Assembly (NCBI GenBank): GCA_963721805.1
Contig: CAVRJY010000001.1
Span: forward strand, 1,184,001 to 1,248,000
Direction of reading: 5' to 3'
Source: Nitrospirota bacterium
GTDB lineage: Bacteria > Nitrospirota > Thermodesulfovibrionia > Thermodesulfovibrionales > JdFR-86
DNA length: 64,000 nucleotides
Shown: positions 39,213 to 47,616 of the stretch, in pieces
Numbering within the stretch: position 1 is the first letter of the stretch
How the letters are laid out: every line of letters starts with the position of its first letter
The notes under the pieces: model-generated
Told to the model about the DNA's origin: nothing
The model's input: the letters and a program-made list of their open reading frames with translations, nothing else
Databases searched by the model: none
Translations under genes and position numbers: made by a program

Positions 39213-39271
39213 TCGAATGGGGCCAGCCGCGCCCCGCGTAAGCGGCCGCTTTCTATCTGGTAATATAATGA

Positions 39272-40288
39272 ATGTCCGCGACCGAGTATCTGTACCTTAA
39301 GTTTTCCTCGTACGCCGGGATGTTCGCGCTTCAGGCCGCGCTGCACTCGCTGGTCGCGATGGTGCTGGCCGAGAGCGCGATCATCGCATGGGAGATCGGG
39401 GACCCGGCCGTGCGCCAGCGCTTCAGGTTCCTCGTGATCCTCGTGCCGATAGCGTTCTTCCCGCTCTACCAGTTCGTCGATCCGCACCGCGGGGACGTGT
39501 ACTTCAGGTTTATGAGCCTGATGGACTCTAACCGCTGGTTTTTCCTCGAGCCGGTAAGCGGCATGCCGGTACTGCTCGCGGTGCTCGCGATATTCGCGCT
39601 CACCGCGGCCGTGTTCTTCCTGCAGGAGCTGATGCCGATAGCCATGCACCTGGTCGAGAAGGGCAGGGGCGGGGCGGATGGCGAACCCGGTGAGGTGGAC
39701 GAGGCCTCGGAGCGGAAGGTGCAGGAGGCGCTCGACGGCCTGCCGATAGGCATGGACACGGTCGACATATTCGAGGACGCGGAGCTGGTCATATTCTCGT
39801 CGACCGGTTTCGACCCGAAGGTGCACGTATCGACCGGACTTGCAGGGGCCTTTACGGCCGGGCAGCTGCGCGTCGCGATAGCGCACGAGATCGCCCATAT
39901 CCAGCGCAGCAGGAAGCCGTTTCTTATCGTCGCGTACCTGCTGAGGATGATCGCGTTTTATAACCCGGTATCGCTCGTGGTCTTCCGCAAGCTCGCGCAG
40001 GAGGAGGAGATGGTCTGCGACGACATCGCGGTGCAGATCACCGGCGACCGCGAGTCGCTCGCGGATGCGGTCAACCTGCTGCGGCCCGAGGATGACGAGC
40101 GGGCCCCGGATGACGAGGCGCGCGGCATCGGCCGGATGGTCTCGGCCGTTGAGCGCTACGGCCTCGACCTGATGCTCGCGCACAGGGCCGAGCGCATCGC
40201 CGAGCCCCGCGACGACGAGTCGCACTGGAGGCTCCCATACCTCGTCACGCTCGCGAGCATTGTCGGGGTCAACTACTTCGTGGTTTAA
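39272..40288 (+). CDS. Membrane zinc metallopeptidase, M56 (BlaR1)/M48-like
   Basis: TM helices, HEIAH motif, EMVCDD. Confidence 0.8.
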   Translation: MSATEYLYLKFSSYAGMFALQAALHSLVAMVLAESAIIAWEIGDPAVRQRFRFLVILVPIAFFPLYQFVDPHRGDVYFRFMSLMDSNRWFFLEPVSGMPVLLAVLAIFALTAAVFFLQELMPIAMHLVEKGRGGADGEPGEVDEASERKVQEALDGLPIGMDTVDIFEDAELVIFSSTGFDPKVHVSTGLAGAFTAGQLRVAIAHEIAHIQRSRKPFLIVAYLLRMIAFYNPVSLVVFRKLAQEEEMVCDDIAVQITGDRESLADAVNLLRPEDDERAPDDEARGIGRMVSAVERYGLDLMLAHRAERIAEPRDDESHWRLPYLVTLASIVGVNYFVV

Positions 40289-40294
40289 TAGTCG

Positions 40295-40840
40295 ATGCCA
40301 CGCTCCGCGACAGCGAAGACTTTGATGGGATTATTGAAGTTCGCCCTGATGGCCGCGCTGACGGTCGCGGTGATCTCGCTCCTGAACCGCTTCGTGACCT
40401 CGGCCGCCACGGGGTTCGCGAGGAAGTACGACACGGTCGACGATGCGCGCCGCTCCATCGGTGCGCGCGAACTCCTCATCCCGTCATATTTCCCTGAGGG
40501 CATCTCGTGGCCCCCCTCGCTCATAATCGGCCAGCAGCGGCCGTTCCGCGCCGCGGTCATGGAGTTCAGCTCACCCTCCACGCACGATACGATCCTTGTG
40601 ATCGAGCAGTCCGAACTCGCGGCCAGGGACGACAAGCTCCTGCGCATCTCCCTCGATAATGTCGTCGAGGAGACGGCATACAACTTCAAGGGCAGAAGCT
40701 CGGTCCTGCAGGTCGGCTCATGCAGCGGCCACGCGCCGTGCAGCCGCATCACATGGCTTCAGGACGGCGAGCACCACACCGTGCTCCTGCTGTCATCCCC
40801 GTTTGAGCTCGTGAAGATCGCAGAGAGCATGGTCCGCTAA
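40295..40840 (+). CDS. Membrane-anchored hypothetical protein
   Basis: N-terminal TM helix, host-like codon usage, directly follows the peptidase gene. Confidence 0.7.
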   Translation: MPRSATAKTLMGLLKFALMAALTVAVISLLNRFVTSAATGFARKYDTVDDARRSIGARELLIPSYFPEGISWPPSLIIGQQRPFRAAVMEFSSPSTHDTILVIEQSELAARDDKLLRISLDNVVEETAYNFKGRSSVLQVGSCSGHAPCSRITWLQDGEHHTVLLLSSPFELVKIAESMVR

Positions 40841-40909
40841 GCCGGATTTCTTCCCGTCTGATCCGTAAATCCCCCTCGCTGTCCCGCTAAGCACGCTTTC
40901 CCGCTCATC

Positions 40910-40947
40910 TAGGAACTTTTTCCTATGGAAATCGGACTGTATTCCTA
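40910..40947. promoter_or_regulatory. Tandem inverted-repeat operator upstream of the multiheme operon
   Basis: TAGGAA-cttt-TTCCTA (40910-40925) and TCGGAC-tgta-TTCCTA (40932-40947), 22-bp period. -10-like TAGACT at 40971. Confidence 0.55.
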
Positions 40948-41007
40948 TTTTCATCCCCCTTAGGCGCTGATAGACTTGAAGGCAAGAGAACGAAGGAGGA
41001 AAAGGAG

Positions 41008-41352
41008 ATGGAGACAGGAACTCAGGAGATCGGATGCGGGTATCACGAGTCAGGCATCAATTTCAGAGGAGGCATCGACATGAGCGGATCGACGAGGAAG
41101 ACAGGACTGACGGTATTGGTGGCCACGCTGTTCATTGTGGGCGTGGCACTTTCGGTTGCGCTCCCGTATGGCGTCGGGACGATGGTATTTCTCTTCATGC
41201 TCGCGTTTTGCGGAGCGGTCTATGCGGTGGGCGTGGCATGCTTCGGCCTGTTGAGGGAACTCATGGGCAGGAGCGTCTCGTTTGGGTACTTGCCGGGCGA
41301 GGCCTACATGACCGGCAAGAAGTCCCGCAAGCAGGTCTGCCGGGGACGTTAA
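41008..41352 (+). CDS. Small membrane protein, paralogue 1
   Basis: Strong RBS (alternative start 41080), LSVALPYGVG, C-terminal FGYLPGEAYMTG followed by a basic tail. Confidence 0.75.
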   Translation: METGTQEIGCGYHESGINFRGGIDMSGSTRKTGLTVLVATLFIVGVALSVALPYGVGTMVFLFMLAFCGAVYAVGVACFGLLRELMGRSVSFGYLPGEAYMTGKKSRKQVCRGR

Positions 41353-41416
41353 GCAGGACAACGACGCCAAGCCCGAGGGGCAGTAAGGTTTTATAAAGGC
41401 GAAGGAAAGAAGGTCG

Positions 41417-41827
41417 ATGAAGATGATCGCATACAGGGCGGGCATAAAGGTCGGGCAGGGGTCGTACTGGAACCCGGACGACGGTGCCTATATCACGTTC
41501 GATGAACCGGGCCGCATGCTGCCCGGGGACGAGCGGACGACGTATATAAAGATGACGTCGCTGCGCTCGATGGTGATCGCGCCGCTGTTCGGGATGATGT
41601 ACGTATTGTTTCTGCCGCTGTTCGGTGTCGCCGCGTTCGTCGTCACCGCGGCGGCGAGGGCGCTGTGCGCGGCCGGTTCGATCACGTCGTCGGGCCTCCG
41701 CGTCTGCGGCGTACTGGCGAGCATCAGCACGCGCCTGAACTGGCGGCCCTCGCAGGCCTATCTCTCCGGCGTGCGCAAACACAGGCGCTCAGGCGGGTGC
41801 GGATGCCCCGGCCCGCGCGGACGCTAA
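41417..41827 (+). CDS. Small membrane protein, paralogue 2
   Basis: YRAGIKVGQGSYWNPD, TM segment, WRPSQAYLSG followed by a basic tail. Confidence 0.8.
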   Translation: MKMIAYRAGIKVGQGSYWNPDDGAYITFDEPGRMLPGDERTTYIKMTSLRSMVIAPLFGMMYVLFLPLFGVAAFVVTAAARALCAAGSITSSGLRVCGVLASISTRLNWRPSQAYLSGVRKHRRSGGCGCPGPRGR

Positions 41828-41849
41828 CAAGGTAATAAGGAGAACCGCG

Positions 41850-42254
41850 ATGTTTCTATACAGGGCAGGCACTACAGTCGGGAAGGGGACCTACTGGAAC
41901 CCGGATACGAAGCTGAGGCAGGTAGTCGAGGACGAGTGTGAGCTGACCGGCAGCGGATGGTATTTGAGATTTCCGGAGAGCTGGCTGCTTCTGCCGGTGA
42001 TCCCGCTCGGGCTTGCGCTCTCGGTGGCGCTCCCATATGGCCTGGGCGTGATGCTGTTTCTGGCGATGGCTGCGATCTATACGCTGATGTTCGAGACCAT
42101 AAGCGCGGTCGAGGAGGTCTTCGGCGCGCCGCTCAGGGCGCTGGGACGGGAGCTCGTGACATGGCTCACGTTCGGGATGAGGCCAACGGTCGCCACGCTT
42201 GACGGCACCGGCAGGACCAGGCGCGGCGGCAAGAAGAACCGTACGGACAAGTAA
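41850..42254 (+). CDS. Small membrane protein, paralogue 3
   Basis: YRAGTTVGKGTYWNPD, LSVALPYGLG, FGMRPTVATLDG followed by a basic tail. Confidence 0.8.
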   Translation: MFLYRAGTTVGKGTYWNPDTKLRQVVEDECELTGSGWYLRFPESWLLLPVIPLGLALSVALPYGLGVMLFLAMAAIYTLMFETISAVEEVFGAPLRALGRELVTWLTFGMRPTVATLDGTGRTRRGGKKNRTDK

Positions 42255-42272
42255 GGGAAAAAGGAGGATGCA

Positions 42273-42662
42273 ATGCACACGCTTTTTGACTTCATCAGCC
42301 ACGTTAACGGCATGCAGTATGTAATCGCGCTCTGCTCGGTGGCGGGCTTCGCCCTGTTCGTCGAGCTCCTGAGCCCCAGGCCGTTTCTGGGACTGATCAG
42401 CGCGATCGCCGAGGACATAAGGCATATCAAGGCCGAGGGCTCGGTCAAGATCTACGCCCTCGCCCGAAACGGCGCTGTGGCCCTCGGGTGCGCCGCGATG
42501 TACGCGGCCTCGCTGCCGATACTGTTCGCTAGCGGTATGCTGGCGAACCTCGGAGAGACGTTCGAGGCCGTCAACCCCACCGGCTGGAACCCCGTACGGG
42601 CATACTTCGTAAAGCGCAGGAAGACGACGAAGACCGACAACAAGGACGAGGCCGGAAAATGA
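42273..42662 (+). CDS. Small membrane protein, paralogue 4 (N-terminus reminiscent of HmcD)
   Basis: MHTLFDFISHVNGMQYVIAL, C-terminal GWNPVRAYF followed by a basic tail, AGGAGG RBS. Confidence 0.75.
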   Translation: MHTLFDFISHVNGMQYVIALCSVAGFALFVELLSPRPFLGLISAIAEDIRHIKAEGSVKIYALARNGAVALGCAAMYAASLPILFASGMLANLGETFEAVNPTGWNPVRAYFVKRRKTTKTDNKDEAGK

Positions 42663-43126
42663 TCCCGGTCAGGCGTCTCGTATGCAGGACCGCGCTGCGC
42701 GTCCTCACAGCACTGCTCCTCGCGTGTTGCGCCGGCGCGGTCGCACTCGCTGATACGGGCAATATAACGATGCCCGGCACTATCAATATAAAGGCGCTCG
42801 AAGACCGCTTCGGCCCCGTGGCCTTTGACCACGAGAAGCACGTGACGATGGCCGGGGCGTGCGGCAAGTGCCACCACCTTCATAACGACAAGACAGTGGA
42901 CGCCTGCAGGACCTGCCATTCGCTCAAGGCCGAGGACTTCAGGGCCACGGCCACGCAGGGCTTTCTTCGGTGCGAGGGCTGCCACTCGGACGCCTCGGCC
43001 GAGTCGCCCGGCATGCCGGGGCTAAAGGTTGCGTTCCACAAGGTCTGCTTCTCGTGCCACGTTGGGATGGCCGGGCTCGGCTCGACCCCAAAGTCGTGCG
43101 AGCGCACCTGCCACTCACGCAGATGA
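42659..43126 (+). CDS. Periplasmic cytochrome c3-family protein (4 CxxCH plus 1 CxxxCH)
   Basis: Signal peptide, VAFDHEKH, CGKCH, CRTCH, CEGCH, CFSCH, CERTCH. Confidence 0.9.
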   Translation: MIPVRRLVCRTALRVLTALLLACCAGAVALADTGNITMPGTINIKALEDRFGPVAFDHEKHVTMAGACGKCHHLHNDKTVDACRTCHSLKAEDFRATATQGFLRCEGCHSDASAESPGMPGLKVAFHKVCFSCHVGMAGLGSTPKSCERTCHSRR

Positions 43127-43146
43127 TTAGCGATAAGGAGGGTGAA

Positions 43147-44106
43147 ATGTCTATAACAAATGAGGCCGCAGAAGGCGGCGCCCGCCCCAGCGGCATATCG
43201 AGGCGCGGTTTCCTCTCGCTCTCTGCCTTCGCGGCGGTCACAGCTATAGCAGGCAGCGCGCTTGCCTCGCCCGGCAACTCGGTGCCTGAGTTCAGCGGCT
43301 GGCCCAAGAGCTATGGCATGCTCACGGACTTCACCGCATGCGTCGGCTGCCGCAGTTGCGAGGCCGCCTGCAACGCGGCCAACAAGATGCCGAAGCCTGA
43401 TAAGCCCTTCGACGATCCGGCTGTCTTCGAGCAGGACCGCTGGCCCACGGCCTCGGCCCTTACGGTGGTAAACCGCTACAAGGGTGCGGACCCATCAAGG
43501 CCGGTATACAGAAAGATACAGTGCAACCACTGCCTCGAGCCCGCGTGCGCCTCGGCCTGCCCGATCCACGCTTACACCAAGACGCCCGAGGGCGCGGTCC
43601 TCTACAACCCGGACCTCTGCTTCGGCTGCCGGTACTGTGTCGTGGCCTGCCCGTTTAACATGCCTGCCTACGACTACGGCAGCGCGCTTCAGCCCAGGAT
43701 CGTAAAGTGCATCATGTGCCACCCCAAGATCGCGAAGGGCGAGGCCCCCGCGTGCGCCGCGGCCTGCCCCGCAGGCGCGATCACGTTCGGCCGCAGGGAA
43801 GAACTTATAAAGGTAGCGCACGAGAGGATCAAGAAGGACCCCGGCCGGTACATAGATCACGTCTATGGCGAGCACGAGGCAGGCGGCACGTCGTGGGTAT
43901 ACCTCTCGGGGGTGCCGTTTGAGCAGCTAGGGTTCCCGGTCAACCTCCCGGACAAGCCGATGATAGAGCTGTCGAAGGACTACCTCTCGTCCGTGCCGGT
44001 GATATTCACTACCTTCCCGGCGATATTCGGGCTCGTTTATTACGCGATGCGTGGTAAGGATAATAAGGACGAAAACGGCAAAGACAAGGAGACCCGCCAT
44101 GAATGA
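43147..44106 (+). CDS. Tat-exported 4x[4Fe-4S] protein (HybA/HmcB family)
   Basis: SRRGFL, CVGCRSCEAAC, CNHCLEPACASACP, CFGCRYCVVACP, CIMC..CAAACP, YGEHEAGGT, C-terminal TM. Confidence 0.92.
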   Translation: MSITNEAAEGGARPSGISRRGFLSLSAFAAVTAIAGSALASPGNSVPEFSGWPKSYGMLTDFTACVGCRSCEAACNAANKMPKPDKPFDDPAVFEQDRWPTASALTVVNRYKGADPSRPVYRKIQCNHCLEPACASACPIHAYTKTPEGAVLYNPDLCFGCRYCVVACPFNMPAYDYGSALQPRIVKCIMCHPKIAKGEAPACAAACPAGAITFGRREELIKVAHERIKKDPGRYIDHVYGEHEAGGTSWVYLSGVPFEQLGFPVNLPDKPMIELSKDYLSSVPVIFTTFPAIFGLVYYAMRGKDNKDENGKDKETRHE

Positions 44107-45343
44107 CGATGCCCGCGCGGCCGCGCGTCCGATAAGTTTCAGGGAGTGGTTCATGGACAAGCTGTTTATGGGCCTGAGCGCGCAGGACTACGCCCGCAGG
44201 ATAGCGACCCCCTTTAACATGGTCGCGGTCACGATACTCCTGGTGGCCACACCGGTGTTCTTCAGCCGTTACGTTTACGGCCTGGGCTCAGTGATGGACG
44301 CAACGAGCGAGTACCCCTGGGGCGTGCTCTTAAGCTGGGGGATCTTCGCCGGCGAGCCGATGTTCGCGTCCGGTTTCGTAGTGGCGGCGGCCTACTACCT
44401 CTTCGGTATGAAGTCCTTCAGGCCCCTGGTGCGGCTCGCGGTGCTCGGCGGGATGCTCGGCTATGCGTTTGCGGCCTCGTACCTCCTGATAGACCTGGGC
44501 AGGCCGTGGCGCTTGTACTATCCGATGGTCATCAACTTCGGGCCGTCCTCGGTCCTGTTCATCGTGGCCTGGCACGTATCGCTTTATGTCACGGTGCAGC
44601 TCCTGGAGTTCTCGCCGGCCATACTCGAATGGCTGGGCTCCAAGCGCATCCATAAGTGGGCCGTAAACGCCACGGTCGCGCTCATCATCGGCGGCGTCAT
44701 ACTCTCTACCGTGCACCAGTCTGCGCTCGGCGCGATGTACCTGATGACGCCTGGCAAACTCCACCCGCTATGGTATTCGCCGCGCCTGCCGCTGCTGTTT
44801 TTCAGCTCGGCGGTCTACGGCGCGATGTGCTTTGCGATGCTCCTTGCGTTCATCGCGGTGCGGTATTATCCTTCGCGCTGCGACAGGGCGTTTACGGACA
44901 GCATCCCGAAGCTCACGCTGAGCCTCGCCAAGGGCGCGGCGCTTGCGATGTACGTCTATTTCTCGCTCAAGGTGCTGGCGCTTGCCGAGGACAACCGGTG
45001 GGAGCTGCTCCTGACCCCCTTCGGCCACTGGTATCTCGTCGAGCTGCTGTGGTTCGTCGTGACGCCGATGGTGATGATGAGCGTCGCGGTCAAGCGCGAA
45101 AGCATAGGGCTGGCGCGCTTTTCGGCGCTGGCGGCGGCCCTCGGGATACTGCTTAACAGACTGAACGTGAACCTTATAGCGTATAATTGGGACAGGCCCG
45201 GCCACATGCACAACATCATCCCGGCCTGGACCGAGATCGTTATGATTATGGCGATGGTCACGCTGCACGTGATGGCCTTCAGGTGGATCATGAACAGGTT
45301 CCCGGTGACGAACGAGCTGCCGGAATACAGGGATTCGCATTAG
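44099..45343 (+). CDS. NrfD/PsrC-family integral membrane subunit (HybB/HmcC-like)
   Basis: YPWG, DLGRPWR, LSTVHQSALG, KLHPLWYS. Confidence 0.92.
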   Translation: MNDDARAAARPISFREWFMDKLFMGLSAQDYARRIATPFNMVAVTILLVATPVFFSRYVYGLGSVMDATSEYPWGVLLSWGIFAGEPMFASGFVVAAAYYLFGMKSFRPLVRLAVLGGMLGYAFAASYLLIDLGRPWRLYYPMVINFGPSSVLFIVAWHVSLYVTVQLLEFSPAILEWLGSKRIHKWAVNATVALIIGGVILSTVHQSALGAMYLMTPGKLHPLWYSPRLPLLFFSSAVYGAMCFAMLLAFIAVRYYPSRCDRAFTDSIPKLTLSLAKGAALAMYVYFSLKVLALAEDNRWELLLTPFGHWYLVELLWFVVTPMVMMSVAVKRESIGLARFSALAAALGILLNRLNVNLIAYNWDRPGHMHNIIPAWTEIVMIMAMVTLHVMAFRWIMNRFPVTNELPEYRDSH

Positions 45344-45353
45344 GAGGCCCGGG

Positions 45354-46820
45354 ATGCCCTCCCGCCTGAGCATGAGGATCGCGGCCGGATCGGCGGCAGC
45401 CTTCGCCGCGGTAATCGTCGCTGTTGCCCTGTTTGCCGCGACCTGCTTCGCCGAGGACGTCAGAGCCGGGGACGAGCGCGCGGCCTGCCTGAAGTGCCAC
45501 GCGCAGGGCGGCGGGATCAAGCGGTTTCCGGACGGGAAATCCATATCGACGTACGTCGACGGCGTGGAGCTCGAACAGTCCGTGCACGGCGCTCTGCCTT
45601 GCACCGCCTGCCACAAGGACTTCGCCTCGGGCCGCCACCCGGACCGCGCCTTCAGGAACAAGCCTCAGTACCTCATCCGCGAATCGCACGGCTGCCGGGG
45701 CTGCCACTCGGACGCCGCGCTCAGGCGCAAGCAGGTCCACGAGGAGCTGTTTGCGAAGGAAGACGCGGGCGACGCCATTGTATGCACCAACTGCCACGGA
45801 GCGCACGCGATACGGCGCGCCAGCCACGCCTCGGACAAGGGCGAGGACGAGCGCTGCATGGGTTGCCACGAGGGCGGCGGGGCATCTGAGTTCTTAAACG
45901 GCGAACAGCTGCCGGTCCATGTCGACCTCGCTGTGATCGGCAGCTCCGCGCACCACGGCCTGCGGTGCATGGACTGCCATTACTGGATCACGGGGGAGCG
46001 CCACCCGCGCCGGAACTTCCGCTCGCTGAGGGACTACCAGCTCGCCACGGCCGAGATCTGCCGCCGCTGCCACTTCGACAAGTACTCAGAGGTCAGCGAG
46101 AGCATCCACTACGACATGCTCAGAAGCGGGAACCTGAAGGCCCCCACCTGCATCGACTGCCACGGCGGGCACTCGGCCACCTCGCCTGCCAGGGACCGCA
46201 TGGCCGTCGTGCGCAAGTGCCGCGCCTGCCACGGCGGGATATACGAGACATACGCTGCGAGCGTCCACGGCAGCGCCCTGATACAGGAGGGCAACCGCGA
46301 CGTCCCGATCTGCACCGACTGCCACTCCTCGCACAGCATCAAGCGCGCCGACACGAACGCCTTCCACCAGGGGATCCCGGACACGTGCAGCGCCTGCCAC
46401 TCCAACCCGGCCATCATGTCCAAGTACGGGCTCTCGACCGACGTGGTCAGGACCTATCTTGCGGATTTCCACGGCGTGACGATGGAGTTCTACCGCAAGC
46501 AGGGCGGGATGTCGCAGTACCGCCCGGCGCAGAGCATGGCCGTGTGCACCGACTGCCACGGCACGCACGACATCATGCGCATGTCCGGCTCCGACACGAA
46601 GGAGATCAAGGCGCGGCTGCTCGAGCGCTGCCGCAACTGCCACCACGACGCCACCGAGCAGTTCCCCGACGCCTGGCTCTCGCACTACCGGCCGAGCTTG
46701 AAGGTAGCCCCGATGGTGTTCATAGTCGAGAAGTTCTACGGCCTGATGATGCCGCTGATGGTCGTCGGGCTGATACTCCAGATACTGCTTCACATATGGC
46801 GCTACCTGGTCAGCCGGTAA
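45354..46820 (+). CDS. Membrane-anchored multiheme cytochrome c (13 CxxCH)
   Basis: 13 CxxCH motifs counted, signal peptide, C-terminal TM helix. Confidence 0.93.
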   Translation: MPSRLSMRIAAGSAAAFAAVIVAVALFAATCFAEDVRAGDERAACLKCHAQGGGIKRFPDGKSISTYVDGVELEQSVHGALPCTACHKDFASGRHPDRAFRNKPQYLIRESHGCRGCHSDAALRRKQVHEELFAKEDAGDAIVCTNCHGAHAIRRASHASDKGEDERCMGCHEGGGASEFLNGEQLPVHVDLAVIGSSAHHGLRCMDCHYWITGERHPRRNFRSLRDYQLATAEICRRCHFDKYSEVSESIHYDMLRSGNLKAPTCIDCHGGHSATSPARDRMAVVRKCRACHGGIYETYAASVHGSALIQEGNRDVPICTDCHSSHSIKRADTNAFHQGIPDTCSACHSNPAIMSKYGLSTDVVRTYLADFHGVTMEFYRKQGGMSQYRPAQSMAVCTDCHGTHDIMRMSGSDTKEIKARLLERCRNCHHDATEQFPDAWLSHYRPSLKVAPMVFIVEKFYGLMMPLMVVGLILQILLHIWRYLVSR

Positions 46821-46830
46821 GGAGGACACC

Positions 46831-47520
46831 ATGAAACCCGCGATACACGCCGATCAAGAGGAAGTCCGGAGGTTCAGCAACTACCGGATTGCGGAGCACT
46901 TCAGCCTTCTGGCGCTGTTCGTCATCCTCGCCTCGACCGGCCTGGCCCAGAAGTTCCACGAACTCCCGCTCGCGCAGAGCTTCATGGTCTTCATGGGCGG
47001 CATCAGTACCATGCGCGCCGTGCACCACGCCGCCGGGGTTGGGCTGCTGGTCCTCCTTCTCGAACACGTGCTCACGGCCTGCGCCGGGATGTCGTTCTGG
47101 CGCTGGTCGCCCTCCATGCTCGTCACGTTCAAGGACTTCAGGGACACGCAGCAGAACGTCAGCTATTACCTAGGCATACAGCCTGAGCCCCCCAGGTTCG
47201 GCAGGTACAGCTACAAGGAGAAGTTCGTCTACTGGCTGATCCTGCTGGGCAGCCTGCAGCTGATCGTCTCGGGCCTCGTGCTCTGGTTTCCGGTGGCGGT
47301 CGCTAAGGTCCTGCCGGGGCAGTTCATCCCGGCCTCGAAGGTCGTACACTCAAACGACGCGATGACGATATTCCTGATGATTGCGATATGGCATATTTAC
47401 GATTCCATATTCAGCCCCGACGTGCTGCCGCTTGACAAGAGCATCTTTACCGGATATATTTCGGTTAAGAGGATGCGGGCCGAGCACCCGCACGAGGCTG
47501 CAGGCGAAAGACAGGACTGA
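46831..47520 (+). CDS. Di-heme cytochrome b (FdnI/formate dehydrogenase gamma-like)
   Basis: Four TM helices with His ligands, GRYSYKEKFVYW, WHIY. Confidence 0.88.
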   Translation: MKPAIHADQEEVRRFSNYRIAEHFSLLALFVILASTGLAQKFHELPLAQSFMVFMGGISTMRAVHHAAGVGLLVLLLEHVLTACAGMSFWRWSPSMLVTFKDFRDTQQNVSYYLGIQPEPPRFGRYSYKEKFVYWLILLGSLQLIVSGLVLWFPVAVAKVLPGQFIPASKVVHSNDAMTIFLMIAIWHIYDSIFSPDVLPLDKSIFTGYISVKRMRAEHPHEAAGERQD

Positions 47521-47616
47521 CAGGGCGGATGCGCCCGGACCTGCATGCCCCGGCCTCCGGCCCTCGCGGTATTTTTTGCTATACTGTTCAATGACGCGAC
47601 CGGTGCGGGGGAGACC

